Assembly (NCBI GenBank): GCA_965202585.1
Contig: OZ241832.1
Coordinates: 6,324,001-6,388,000 of the forward strand
Source: Thalia democratica
Lineage: Eukaryota
Reading direction: 5' to 3'
DNA: 64,000 nt
Shown piece after piece: positions 36,901 to 50,500 of the stretch. The notes beneath the pieces were generated by a model. The model had not been told where the DNA came from. It searched no databases and saw only the letters and a program-made list of their open reading frames with translations. A program made the position numbers and the translations under genes. Positions within the stretch are counted from its first letter, which is position 1. The number at the start of each line of letters is the position of its first letter.

Positions 36901-39900
36901 ACCAGCAGAGTAACCGGGCCTAAAGGACAAGAATTAAAAAAAAACTAAGGGCAGGCCGGGGAGATGACAGGTGCGGAGCACCGTGTCATCGACCGGCCGT
37001 AGCCCTTTGTTACAATAAGTTCACTTTGTGCATGTTTATTGTAATGTATAATGAATGTTAGCACAACTGTGTTTGTATAGCTCATTAGTAAGAACAATCT
37101 ATTCAACAAATTAGTTAGTACTTAGGTCGGAGAGCAAGTGTAATCTTGAAACTAACTGTATTGTAAAATTAAGCAAGTATTTTTACCAATAGGATGCAGC
37201 TTAATTTTAAGGCTTTTACCTACTTTAAACGGGTTGTGTGAACGGACTAATACTTTACAAAGAAGAATATACACAAAGATTGATCAACGGAATTTCGGAA
37301 GTGTGAAGTACAAGAAGTTATTTACTTAAAAAGATAGTTTATAAATATAACTTGCATGTATTTTACATAAGTAGCACAAACCTAAGAAATTATTTAAAAA
37401 AAGAGACTACCTCATTATGACGCAACAATATGGTAAAGAAAAAAAAAAATAAATTTAAGGATTTAATGTGGAAAAATAGCAGAAAAAGAAAAGTTCGTAT
37501 AATTGATGCAAATGATTTTTTGAATTCCCTGCCTTTAAGTGGACAAATTAAGAACAAATTGTTTTATGTATGAATAATGAAATTAAAAACAAGTCGCTCT
37601 TGTACGATTAATGCAAATGATTTATAAATTTACCTAATTAAGACGTAAATATTTTGCAGAAGTATTTAAAACAAATGGCTCATGAGTAATTTTAATCTTT
37701 CATACAACTTAATAGTTAATAAAATTCTGTTATATGTTCTAGTTAAGTGAAATTTATATTCAGTCATGACTTAAAAGTACTAGCACATTAACTCGTACAT
37801 CCAAGTCATAACTCAAAAAGGTGCCGACCAGCAGAGTAACCGGGCCTAAAGGACAAGAATTAAAAAAAAACTAAGGGCAGGCCGGGGAGATGACAGGTGC
37901 GGAGCACCGTGTCATCGACCGGCCGTAGCCCTTTGTTACAATAAGTTCACTTTGTGCATGTTTATTGTAATGTATAATGAATGTTAGCACAACTGTGTTT
38001 GTATAGCTCATTAGTAAGAACAATCTATTCAACAAATTAGTTAGTACTTAGGTCGGAGAGCAAGTGTAATCTTGAAACTAACTGTATTGTAAAATTAAGC
38101 AAGTATTTTTACCAATAGGATGCAGCTTAATTTTAAGGCTTTTACCTACTTTAAACGGGTTGTGTGAACGGACTAATACTTTACAAAGAAGAATATACAC
38201 AAAGATTGATCAACGGAATTTCGGAAGTGTGAAGTACAAGAAGTTATTTACTTAAAAAGATAGTTTATAAATATAACTTGCATGTATTTTACATAAGTAG
38301 CACAAACCTAAGAAATTATTTAAAAAAAGAGACTACCTCATTATGACGCAACAATATGGTAAAGAAAAAAAAAATAAATTTAAGGATTTAATGTGGAAAA
38401 ATAGCAGAAAAAGAAAAGTTCGTATAATTGATGCAAATGATTTTTTGAATTCCCTGCCTTTAAGTGGACAAATTAAGAACAAATTGTTTTATGTATGAAT
38501 AATGAAATTAAAAACAAGTCGCTCTTGTACGATTAATGCAAATGATTTATAAATTTACCTAATTAAGACGTAAATATTTTGCAGAAGTATTTAAAACAAA
38601 TGGCTCATGAGTAATTTTAATCTTTCATACAACTTAATAGTTAATAAAATTCTGTTATATGTTCTAGTTAAGTGAAATTTATATTCAGTCATGACTTAAA
38701 AGTACTAGCACATTAACTCGTACATCCAAGTCATAACTCAAAAAGGTGCCGACCAGCAGAGTAACCGGGCCTAAAGGACAAGAATTAAAAAAAAACTAAG
38801 GGCAGGCCGGGGAGATGACAGGTGCGGAGCACCGTGTCATCGACCGGCCGTAGCCCTTTGTTACAATAAGTTCACTTTGTGCATGTTTATTGTAATGTAT
38901 AATGAATGTTAGCACAACTGTGTTTGTATAGCTCATTAGTAAGAACAATCTATTCAACAAATTAGTTAGTACTTAGGTCGGAGAGCAAGTGTAATCTTGA
39001 AACTAACTGTATTGTAAAATTAAGCAAGTATTTTTACCAATAGGATGCAGCTTAATTTTAAGGCTTTTACCTACTTTAAACGGGTTGTGTGAACGGACTA
39101 ATACTTTACAAAGAAGAATATACACAAAGATTGATCAACGGAATTTCGGAAGTGTGAAGTACAAGAAGTTATTTACTTAAAAAGATAGTTTATAAATATA
39201 ACTTGCATGTATTTTACATAAGTAGCACAAACCTAAGAAATTATTTAAAAAAAGAGACTACCTCATTATGACGCAACAATATGGTAAAGAAAAAAAAAAT
39301 AAATTTAAGGATTTAATGTGGAAAAATAGCAGAAAAAGAAAAGTTCGTATAATTGATGCAAATGATTTTTTGAATTCCCTGCCTTTAAGTGGACAAATTA
39401 AGAACAAATTGTTTTATGTATGAATAATGAAATTAAAAACAAGTCGCTCTTGTACGATTAATGCAAATGATTTATAAATTTACCTAATTAAGACGTAAAT
39501 ATTTTGCAGAAGTATTTAAAACAAATGGCTCATGAGTAATTTTAATCTTTCATACAACTTAATAGTTAATAAAATTCTGTTATATGTTCTAGTTAAGTGA
39601 AATTTATATTCAGTCATGACTTAAAAGTACTAGCACATTAACTCGTACATCCAAGTCATAACTCAAAAAGGTGCCGACCAGCAGAGTAACCGGGCCTAAA
39701 GGACAAGAATTAAAAAAAAACTAAGGGCAGGCCGGGGAGATGACAGGTGCGGAGCACCGTGTCATCGACCGGCCGTAGCCCTTTGTTACAATAAGTTCAC
39801 TTTGTGCATGTTTATTGTAATGTATAATGAATGTTAGCACAACTGTGTTTGTATAGCTCATTAGTAAGAACAATCTATTCAACAAATTAGTTAGTACTTA

Positions 39901-40675
39901 GGTCGGAGAGCAAGTGTAATCTTGAAACTAACTGTATTGTAAAATTAAGCAAGTATTTTTACCAATAGGATGCAGCTTAATTTTAAGGCTTTTACCTACT
40001 TTAAACGGGTTGTGTGAACGGACTAATACTTTACAAAGAAGAATATACACAAAGATTGATCAACGGAATTTCGGAAGTGTGAAGTACAAGAAGTTATTTA
40101 CTTAAAAAGATAGTTTATAAATATAACTTGCATGTATTTTACATAAGTAGCACAAACCTAAGAAATTATTTAAAAAAAGAGACTACCTCATTATGACGCA
40201 ACAATATGGTAAAGAAAAAAAAAATAAATTTAAGGATTTAATGTGGAAAAATAGCAGAAAAAGAAAAGTTCGTATAATTGATGCAAATGATTTTTTGAAT
40301 TCCCTGCCTTTAAGTGGACAAATTAAGAACAAATTGTTTTATGTATGAATAATGAAATTAAAAACAAGTCGCTCTTGTACGATTAATGCAAATGATTTAT
40401 AAATTTACCTAATTAAGACGTAAATATTTTGCAGAAGTATTTAAAACAAATGGCTCATGAGTAATTTTAATCTTTCATACAACTTAATAGTTAATAAAAT
40501 TCTGTTATATGTTCTAGTTAAGTGAAATTTATATTCAGTCATGACTTAAAAGTACTAGCACATTAACTCGTACATCCAAGTCATAACTCAAAAAGGTGCC
40601 GACCAGCAGAGTAACCGGGCCTAAAGGACAAGAATTAAAAAAAAACTAAGGGCAGGCCGGGGAGATGACAGGTGC
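24987..40675. repeat. 925-bp tandem array, part 1 (16 full units plus one cut by the gap; 18 hairpin copies counting A')
   Basis: CTCGTACATC recurs at 24841, 25766, 26691, 27616 and 28541. GGTGC at 24945 vs 40671 is 17x925+1. One extra A at about 37441. Confidence 0.99.
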
Positions 40676-40875
40676 NNNNNNNNNNNNNNNNNNNNNNNNN
40701 NNNNNNNNNNNNNNNNNNNNNNNNNNNNNNNNNNNNNNNNNNNNNNNNNNNNNNNNNNNNNNNNNNNNNNNNNNNNNNNNNNNNNNNNNNNNNNNNNNNN
40801 NNNNNNNNNNNNNNNNNNNNNNNNNNNNNNNNNNNNNNNNNNNNNNNNNNNNNNNNNNNNNNNNNNNNNNNNNNN
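40676..40875. other. Assembly gap (200 N)
   Basis: Run of exactly 200 N, a fixed-size scaffolding gap, so the true distance is unknown. Confidence 0.99.
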
Positions 40876-41539
40876 AAATGGGACATAGGATATCAATAAT
40901 GCCATTATTTTATACTTTCAAAAGATATTATGAAATTGATGGTGAAGAGCAAAAAAATATATTAGTCGTCTTAAAGGTAGTTTTTAAGCTTTTACTAAAT
41001 TTTATGGGAAATTTTAAGAAGTTTAGGGACTATAAGCTGTAAAAGGAGGGCTACAAGGCCACAATTTTAACTTCACACTTATTTTTCTAAAGTTTAATTT
41101 GATGAGCAAATAGTAGGTCTTAGGCGTATTTGGGGAAATTTTGATATTCTATAAATTTTATCGAAAGTTTTCAGAATATTTGGTTGCTATAATAAGTGAA
41201 TGGGGGCCACAAGCCATAAAATGAAAAATACACAAGAAAAGATAATGAGGAAAAATAAAAAGGTGTTTTTAAAGGTAGTTCTTTGAGAAAACTTGTTAGA
41301 GTGAATTGTAGATCTTCTAATTACTTTTCTAGTTATTCTTTGTAAAATCTAAAAACGTGTTTCATAAAAATAAACTTAACTATAATATGAAATATATCAA
41401 TCAATTAAATAATAAAGTACATTAAATATTGAAAAATTTCTTACTAGAATACTTCAATTCTTATTTAGTATAAAAAATAATCAGCGTTTTACATAGTGTT
41501 TTTGATAATTATTTTTGTAACTTTCACATGACTAATTAT
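40876..41539. other. Non-array AT-rich segment between the gap and the second array
   Basis: No match to the 925-bp unit; joins mid-unit at TAAGAAATTATTT (41540). Confidence 0.8.
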
Positions 41540-44500
41540 TAAGAAATTATTTAAAAAAAGAGACTACCTCATTATGACGCAACAATATGGTAAAGAAAAA
41601 AAAAATAAATTTAAGGATTTAATGTGGAAAAATAGCAGAAAAAGAAAAGTTCGTATAATTGATGCAAATGATTTTTGAATTCCCTGCCTTTAAGTGGACA
41701 AATTAAGAACAAATTGTTTTATGTATGAATAATGAAATTAAAAACAAGTCGCTCTTGTACGATTAATGCAAATGATTTATAAATTTACCTAATTAAGACG
41801 TAAATATTTTGCAGAAGTATTTAAAACAAATGGCTCATGAGTAATTTTAATCTTTCATACAACTTAATAGTTAATAAAATTCTGTTATATGTTCTAGTTA
41901 AGTGAAATTTATATTCAGTCATGACTTAAAAGTACTAGCACATTAACTCGTACATCCAAGTCATAACTCAAAAAGGTGCCGACCAGCAGAGTAACCGGGC
42001 CTAAAGGACAAGAATTAAAAAAAAAACTAAGGGCAGGCCGGGGAGATGACAGGTGCGGAGCACCGTGTCATCGACCGGCCGTAGCCCTTTGTTACAATAA
42101 GTTCACTTTGTGCATGTTTATTGTAATGTATAATGAATGTTAGCACAACTGTGTTTGTATAGCTCATTAGTAAGAACAATCTATTCAACAAATTAGTTAG
42201 TACTTTAGGTCGGAGAGCAAGTGTAATCTTGAAACTAACTGTATTGTAAAATTAAGCAAGTATTTTTACCAATAGGATGCAGCTTAATTTTAAGGCTTTT
42301 ACCTACTTTAAACGGGTTGTGTGAACGGACTAATACTTTACAAAGAAGAATATACACAAAGATTGATCAACGGAATTTCGGAAGTGTGAAGTACAAGAAG
42401 TTATTTACTTAAAAAGATAGTTTATAAATATAACTTGCATGTATTTTACATAAGTAGCACAAACCTAAGAAATTATTTAAAAAAAGAGACTACCTCATTA
42501 TGACGCAACAATATGGTAAAGAAAAAAAAAATAAATTTAAGGATTTAATGTGGAAAAATAGCAGAAAAAGAAAAGTTCGTATAATTGATGCAAATGATTT
42601 TTTGAATTCCCTGCCTTTAAGTGGACAAATTAAGAACAAATTGTTTTATGTATGAATAATGAAATTAAAAACAAGTCGCTCTTGTACGATTAATGCAAAT
42701 GATTTATAAATTTACCTAATTAAGACGTAAATATTTTGCAGAAGTATTTAAAACAAATGGCTCATGAGTAATTTTAATCTTTCATACAACTTAATAGTTA
42801 ATAAAATTCTGTTATATGTTCTAGTTAAGTGAAATTTATATTCAGTCATGACTTAAAAGTACTAGCACATTAACTCGTACATCCAAGTCATAACTCAAAA
42901 AGGTGCCGACCAGCAGAGTAACCGGGCCTAAAGGACAAGAATTAAAAAAAAACTAAGGGCAGGCCGGGGAGATGACAGGTGCGGAGCACCGTGTCATCGA
43001 CCGGCCGTAGCCCTTTGTTACAATAAGTTCACTTTGTGCATGTTTATTGTAATGTATAATGAATGTTAGCACAACTGTGTTTGTATAGCTCATTAGTAAG
43101 AACAATCTATTCAACAAATTAGTTAGTACTTAGGTCGGAGAGCAAGTGTAATCTTGAAACTAACTGTATTGTAAAATTAAGCAAGTATTTTTACCAATAG
43201 GATGCAGCTTAATTTTAAGGCTTTTACCTACTTTAAACGGGTTGTGTGAACGGACTAATACTTTACAAAGAAGAATATACACAAAGATTGATCAACGGAA
43301 TTTCGGAAGTGTGAAGTACAAGAAGTTATTTACTTAAAAAGATAGTTTATAAATATAACTTGCATGTATTTTACATAAGTAGCACAAACCTAAGAAATTA
43401 TTTAAAAAAAGAGACTACCTCATTATGACGCAACAATATGGTAAAGAAAAAAAAAATAAATTTAAGGATTTAATGTGGAAAAATAGCAGAAAAAGAAAAG
43501 TTCGTATAATTGATGCAAATGATTTTTTGAATTCCCTGCCTTTAAGTGGACAAATTAAGAACAAATTGTTTTTATGTATGAATAATGAAATTAAAAACAA
43601 GTCGCTCTTGTACGATTAATGCAAATGATTTATAAATTTACCTAATTAAGACGTAAATATTTTGCAGAAGTATTTAAAACAAATGGCTCATGAGTAATTT
43701 TAATCTTTCATACAACTTAATAGTTAATAAAATTCTGTTATATGTTCTAGTTAAGTGAAATTTATATTCAGTCATGACTTAAAAGTACTAGCACATTAAC
43801 TCGTACATCCAAGTCATAACTCAAAAAGGTGCCGACCAGCAGAGTAACCGGGCCTAAAGGACAAGAATTAAAAAAAAACTAAGGGCAGGCCGGGGAGATG
43901 ACAGGTGCGGAGCACCGTGTCATCGACCGGCCGTAGCCCTTTGTTACAATAAGTTCACTTTGTGCATGTTTATTGTAATGTATAATGAATGTTAGCACAA
44001 CTGTGTTTGTATAGCTCATTAGTAAGAACAATCTATTCAACAAATTAGTTAGTACTTAGGTCGGAGAGCAAGTGTAATCTTGAAACTAACTGTATTGTAA
44101 AATTAAGCAAGTATTTTTACCAATAGGATGCAGCTTAATTTTAAGGCTTTTACCTACTTTAAACGGGTTGTGTGAACGGACTAATACTTTACAAAAGAAG
44201 AATATACACAAAGATTGATCAACGGAATTTCGGAAGTGTGAAGTACAAGAAGTTATTTACTTAAAAAGATAGTTTATAAATATAACTTGCATGTATTTTA
44301 CATAAGTAGCACAAACCTAAGAAATTATTTAAAAAAAGAGACTACCTCATTATGACGCAACAATATGGTAAAGAAAAAAAAAATAAATTTAAGGATTTAA
44401 TGTGGAAAAATAGCAGAAAAAGAAAAGTTCGTATAATTGATGCAAATGATTTTTTGAATTCCCTGCCTTTAAGTGGACAAATTAAGAACAAATTGTTTTA

Positions 44501-47500
44501 TGTATGAATAATGAAATTAAAAACAAGTCGCTCTTGTACGATTAATGCAAATGATTTATAAATTTACCTAATTAAGACGTAAATATTTTGCAGAAGTATT
44601 TAAAACAAATGGCTCATGAGTAATTTTAATCTTTCATACAACTTAATAGTTAATAAAATTCTGTTATATGTTCTAGTTAAGTGAAATTTATATTCAGTCA
44701 TGACTTAAAAGTACTAGCACATTAACTCGTACATCCAAGTCATAACTCAAAAAGGTGCCGACCAGCAGAGTAACCGGGCCTAAAGGACAAGAATTAAAAA
44801 AAAAACTAAGGGCAGGCCGGGGAGATGACAGGTGCGGAGCACCGTGTCATCGACCGGCCGTAGCCCTTTGTTACAATAAGTTCACTTTGTGCATGTTTAT
44901 TGTAATGTATAATGAATGTTAGCACAACTGTGTTTGTATAGCTCATTAGTAAGAACAATCTATTCAACAAATTAGTTAGTACTTAGGTCGGAGAGCAAGT
45001 GTAATCTTGAAACTAACTGTATTGTAAAATTAAGCAAGTATTTTTACCAATAGGATGCAGCTTAATTTTAAGGCTTTTACCTACTTTAAACGGGTTGTGT
45101 GAACGGACTAATACTTTACAAAGAAGAATATACACAAAGATTGATCAACGGAATTTCGGAAGTGTGAAGTACAAGAAGTTATTTACTTAAAAAGATAGTT
45201 TATAAATATAACTTGCATGTATTTTACATAAGTAGCACAAACCTAAGAAATTATTTAAAAAAAGAGACTACCTCATTATGACGCAACAATATGGTAAAGA
45301 AAAAAAAAATAAATTTAAGGATTTAATGTGGAAAAATAGCAGAAAAAGAAAAGTTCGTATAATTGATGCAAATGATTTTTTGAATTCCCTGCCTTTAAGT
45401 GGACAAATTAAGAACAAATTGTTTTATGTATGAATAATGAAATTAAAAACAAGTCGCTCTTGTACGATTAATGCAAATGATTTATAAATTTACCTAATTA
45501 AGACGTAAATATTTTGCAGAAGTATTTAAAACAAATGGCTCATGAGTAATTTTAATCTTTCATACAACTTAATAGTTAATAAAATTCTGTTATATGTTCT
45601 AGTTAAGTGAAATTTATATTCAGTCATGACTTAAAAGTACTAGCACATTAACTCGTACATCCAAGTCATAACTCAAAAAGGTGCCGACCAGCAGAGTAAC
45701 CGGGCCTAAAGGACAAGAATTAAAAAAAAACTAAGGGCAGGCCGGGGAGATGACAGGTGCGGAGCACCGTGTCATCGACCGGCCGTAGCCCTTTGTTACA
45801 ATAAGTTCACTTTGTGCATGTTTATTGTAATGTATAATGAATGTTAGCACAACTGTGTTTGTATAGCTCATTAGTAAGAACAATCTATTCAACAAATTAG
45901 TTAGTACTTAGGTCGGAGAGCAAGTGTAATCTTGAAACTAACTGTATTGTAAAATTAAGCAAGTATTTTTACCAATAGGATGCAGCTTAATTTTAAGGCT
46001 TTTACCTACTTTAAACGGGTTGTGTGAACGGACTAATACTTTACAAAGAAGAATATACACAAAGATTGATCAACGGAATTTCGGAAGTGTGAAGTACAAG
46101 AAGTTATTTACTTAAAAAGATAGTTTATAAATATAACTTGCATGTATTTTACATAAGTAGCACAAACCTAAGAAATTATTTAAAAAAAGAGACTACCTCA
46201 TTATGACGCAACAATATGGTAAAGAAAAAAAAAATAAATTTAAGGATTTAATGTGGAAAAATAGCAGAAAAAGAAAAGTTCGTATAATTGATGCAAATGA
46301 TTTTTTGAATTCCTGCCTTTAAGTGGACAAATTAAGAACAAATTGTTTTATGTATGAATAATGAAATTAAAAAACAAGTCGCTCTTGTACGATTAATGCA
46401 AATGATTTATAAATTTACCTAATTAAGACGTAAATATTTTGCAGAAGTATTTAAAACAAATGGCTCATGAGTAATTTTAATCTTTCATACAACTTAATAG
46501 TTAATAAAATTCTGTTATATGTTCTAGTTAAGTGAAATTTATATTCAGTCATGACTTAAAAGTACTAGCACATTAACTCGTACATCCAAGTCATAACTCA
46601 AAAAGGTGCCGACCAGCAGAGTAACCGGGCCTAAAGGACAAGAATTAAAAAAAAACTAAGGGCAGGCCGGGGAGATGACAGGTGCGGAGCACCGTGTCAT
46701 CGACCGGCCGTAGCCCTTTGTTACAATAAGTTCACTTTGTGCATGTTTATTGTAATGTATAATGAATGTTAGCACAACTGTGTTTGTATAGCTCATTAGT
46801 AAGAACAATCTATTCAACAAATTAGTTAGTACTTAGGTCGGAGAGCAAGTGTAATCTTGAAACTAACTGTATTGTAAAATTAAGCAAGTATTTTTACCAA
46901 TAGGATGCAGCTTAATTTTAAGGCTTTTACCTACTTTAAACGGGTTGTGTGAACGGACTAATACTTTACAAAGAAGAATATACACAAAGATTGATCAACG
47001 GAATTTCGGAAGTGTGAAGTACAAGAAGTTATTTACTTAAAAAGATAGTTTATAAATATAACTTGCATGTATTTTACATAAGTAGCACAAACCTAAGAAA
47101 TTATTTAAAAAAAGAGACTACCTCATTATGACGCAACAATATGGTAAAGAAAAAAAAAATAAATTTAAGGATTTAATGTGGAAAAATAGCAGAAAAAGAA
47201 AAGTTCGTATAATTGATGCAAATGATTTTTTGAATTCCCTGCCTTTAAGTGGACAAATTAAGAACAAATTGTTTTATGTATGAATAATGAAATTAAAAAC
47301 AAGTCGCTCTTGTACGATTAATGCAAATGATTTATAAATTTACCTAATTAAGACGTAAATATTTTGCAGAAGTATTTAAAACAAATGGCTCATGAGTAAT
47401 TTTAATCTTTCATACAACTTAATAGTTAATAAAATTCTGTTATATGTTCTAGTTAAGTGAAATTTATATTCAGTCATGACTTAAAAGTACTAGCACATTA

Positions 47501-50500
47501 ACTCGTACATCCAAGTCATAACTCAAAAAGGTGCCGACCAGCAGAGTAACCGGGCCTAAAGGACAAGAATTAAAAAAAAACTAAGGGCAGGCCGGGGAGA
47601 TGACAGGTGCGGAGCACCGTGTCATCGACCGGCCGTAGCCCTTTGTTACAATAAGTTCACTTTGTGCATGTTTATTGTAATGTATAATGAATGTTAGCAC
47701 AACTGTGTTTGTATAGCTCATTAGTAAGAACAATCTATTCAACAAATTAGTTAGTACTTAGGTCGGAGAGCAAGTGTAATCTTGAAACTAACTGTATTGT
47801 AAAATTAAGCAAGTATTTTTACCAATAGGATGCAGCTTAATTTTAAGGCTTTTACCTACTTTAAACGGGTTGTGTGAACGGACTAATACTTTACAAAGAA
47901 GAATATACACAAAGATTGATCAACGGAATTTCGGAAGTGTGAAGTACAAGAAGTTATTTACTTAAAAAGATAGTTTATAAATATAACTTGCATGTATTTT
48001 ACATAAGTAGCACAAACCTAAGAAATTATTTAAAAAAAGAGACTACCTCATTATGACGCAACAATATGGTAAAGAAAAAAAAAATAAATTTAAGGATTTA
48101 ATGTGGAAAAATAGCAGAAAAAGAAAAGTTCGTATAATTGATGCAAATGATTTTTTGAATTCCCTGCCTTTAAGTGGACAAATTAAGAACAAATTGTTTT
48201 ATGTATGAATAATGAAATTAAAAACAAGTCGCTCTTGTACGATTAATGCAAATGATTTATAAATTTACCTAATTAAGACGTAAATATTTTGCAGAAGTAT
48301 TTAAAACAAATGGCTCATGAGTAATTTTAATCTTTCATACAACTTAATAGTTAATAAAATTCTGTTATATGTTCTAGTTAAGTGAAATTTATATTCAGTC
48401 ATGACTTAAAAGTACTAGCACATTAACTCGTACATCCAAGTCATAACTCAAAAAGGTGCCGACCAGCAGAGTAACCGGGCCTAAAGGACAAGAATTAAAA
48501 AAAAACTAAGGGCAGGCCGGGGAGATGACAGGTGCGGAGCACCGTGTCATCGACCGGCCGTAGCCCTTTGTTACAATAAGTTCACTTTGTGCATGTTTAT
48601 TGTAATGTATAATGAATGTTAGCACAACTGTGTTTGTATAGCTCATTAGTAAGAACAATCTATTCAACAAATTAGTTAGTACTTAGGTCGGAGAGCAAGT
48701 GTAATCTTGAAACTAACTGTATTGTAAAATTAAGCAAGTATTTTTACCAATAGGATGCAGCTTAATTTTAAGGCTTTTACCTACTTTAAACGGGTTGTGT
48801 GAACGGACTAATACTTTACAAAGAAGAATATACACAAAGATTGATCAACGGAATTTCGGAAGTGTGAAGTACAAGAAGTTATTTACTTAAAAAGATAGTT
48901 TATAAATATAACTTGCATGTATTTTACATAAGTAGCACAAACCTAAGAAATTATTTAAAAAAAGAGACTACCTCATTATGACGCAACAATATGGTAAAGA
49001 AAAAAAAAATAAATTTAAGGATTTAATGTGGAAAAATAGCAGAAAAAGAAAAGTTCGTATAATTGATGCAAATGATTTTTTGAATTCCCTGCCTTTAAGT
49101 GGACAAATTAAGAACAAATTGTTTTATGTATGAATAATGAAATTAAAAACAAGTCGCTCTTGTACGATTAATGCAAATGATTTATAAATTTACCTAATTA
49201 AGACGTAAATATTTTGCAGAAGTATTTAAAACAAATGGCTCATGAGTAATTTTAATCTTTCATACAACTTAATAGTTAATAAAATTCTGTTATATGTTCT
49301 AGTTAAGTGAAATTTATATTCAGTCATGACTTAAAAGTACTAGCACATTAACTCGTACATCCAAGTCATAACTCAAAAAGGTGCCGACCAGCAGAGTAAC
49401 CGGGCCTAAAGGACAAGAATTAAAAAAAAACTAAGGGCAGGCCGGGGAGATGACAGGTGCGGAGCACCGTGTCATCGACCGGCCGTAGCCCTTTGTTACA
49501 ATAAGTTCACTTTGTGCATGTTTATTGTAATGTATAATGAATGTTAGCACAACTGTGTTTGTATAGCTCATTAGTAAGAACAATCTATTCAACAAATTAG
49601 TTAGTACTTAGGTCGGAGAGCAAGTGTAATCTTGAAACTAACTGTATTGTAAAATTAAGCAAGTATTTTTACCAATAGGATGCAGCTTAATTTTAAGGCT
49701 TTTACCTACTTTAAACGGGTTGTGTGAACGGACTAATACTTTACAAAGAAGAATATACACAAAGATTGATCAACGGAATTTCGGAAGTGTGAAGTACAAG
49801 AAGTTATTTACTTAAAAAGATAGTTTATAAATATAACTTGCATGTATTTTACATAAGTAGCACAAACCTAAGAAATTATTTAAAAAAAGAGACTACCTCA
49901 TTATGACGCAACAATATGGTAAAGAAAAAAAAAATAAATTTAAGGATTTAATGTGGAAAAATAGCAGAAAAAGAAAAGTTCGTATAATTGATGCAAATGA
50001 TTTTTTGAATTCCCTGCCTTTAAGTGGACAAATTAAGAACAAATTGTTTTATGTATGAATAATGAAATTAAAAACAAGTCGCTCTTGTACGATTAATGCA
50101 AATGATTTATAAATTTACCTAATTAAGACGTAAATATTTTGCAGAAGTATTTAAAACAAATGGCTCATGAGTAATTTTAATCTTTCATACAACTTAATAG
50201 TTAATAAAATTCTGTTATATGTTCTAGTTAAGTGAAATTTATATTCAGTCATGACTTAAAAGTACTAGCACATTAACTCGTACATCCAAGTCATAACTCA
50301 AAAAGGTGCCGACCAGCAGAGTAACCGGGCCTAAAGGACAAGAATTAAAAAAAAACTAAGGGCAGGCCGGGGAGATGACAGGTGCGGAGCACCGTGTCAT
50401 CGACCGGCCGTAGCCCTTTGTTACAATAAGTTCACTTTGTGCATGTTTATTGTAATGTATAATGAATGTTAGCACAACTGTGTTTGTATAGCTCATTAGT

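Noticed and set aside
40621-41042. ORFs spanning the N run
   Set aside because: Artefacts of translating through the assembly gap.
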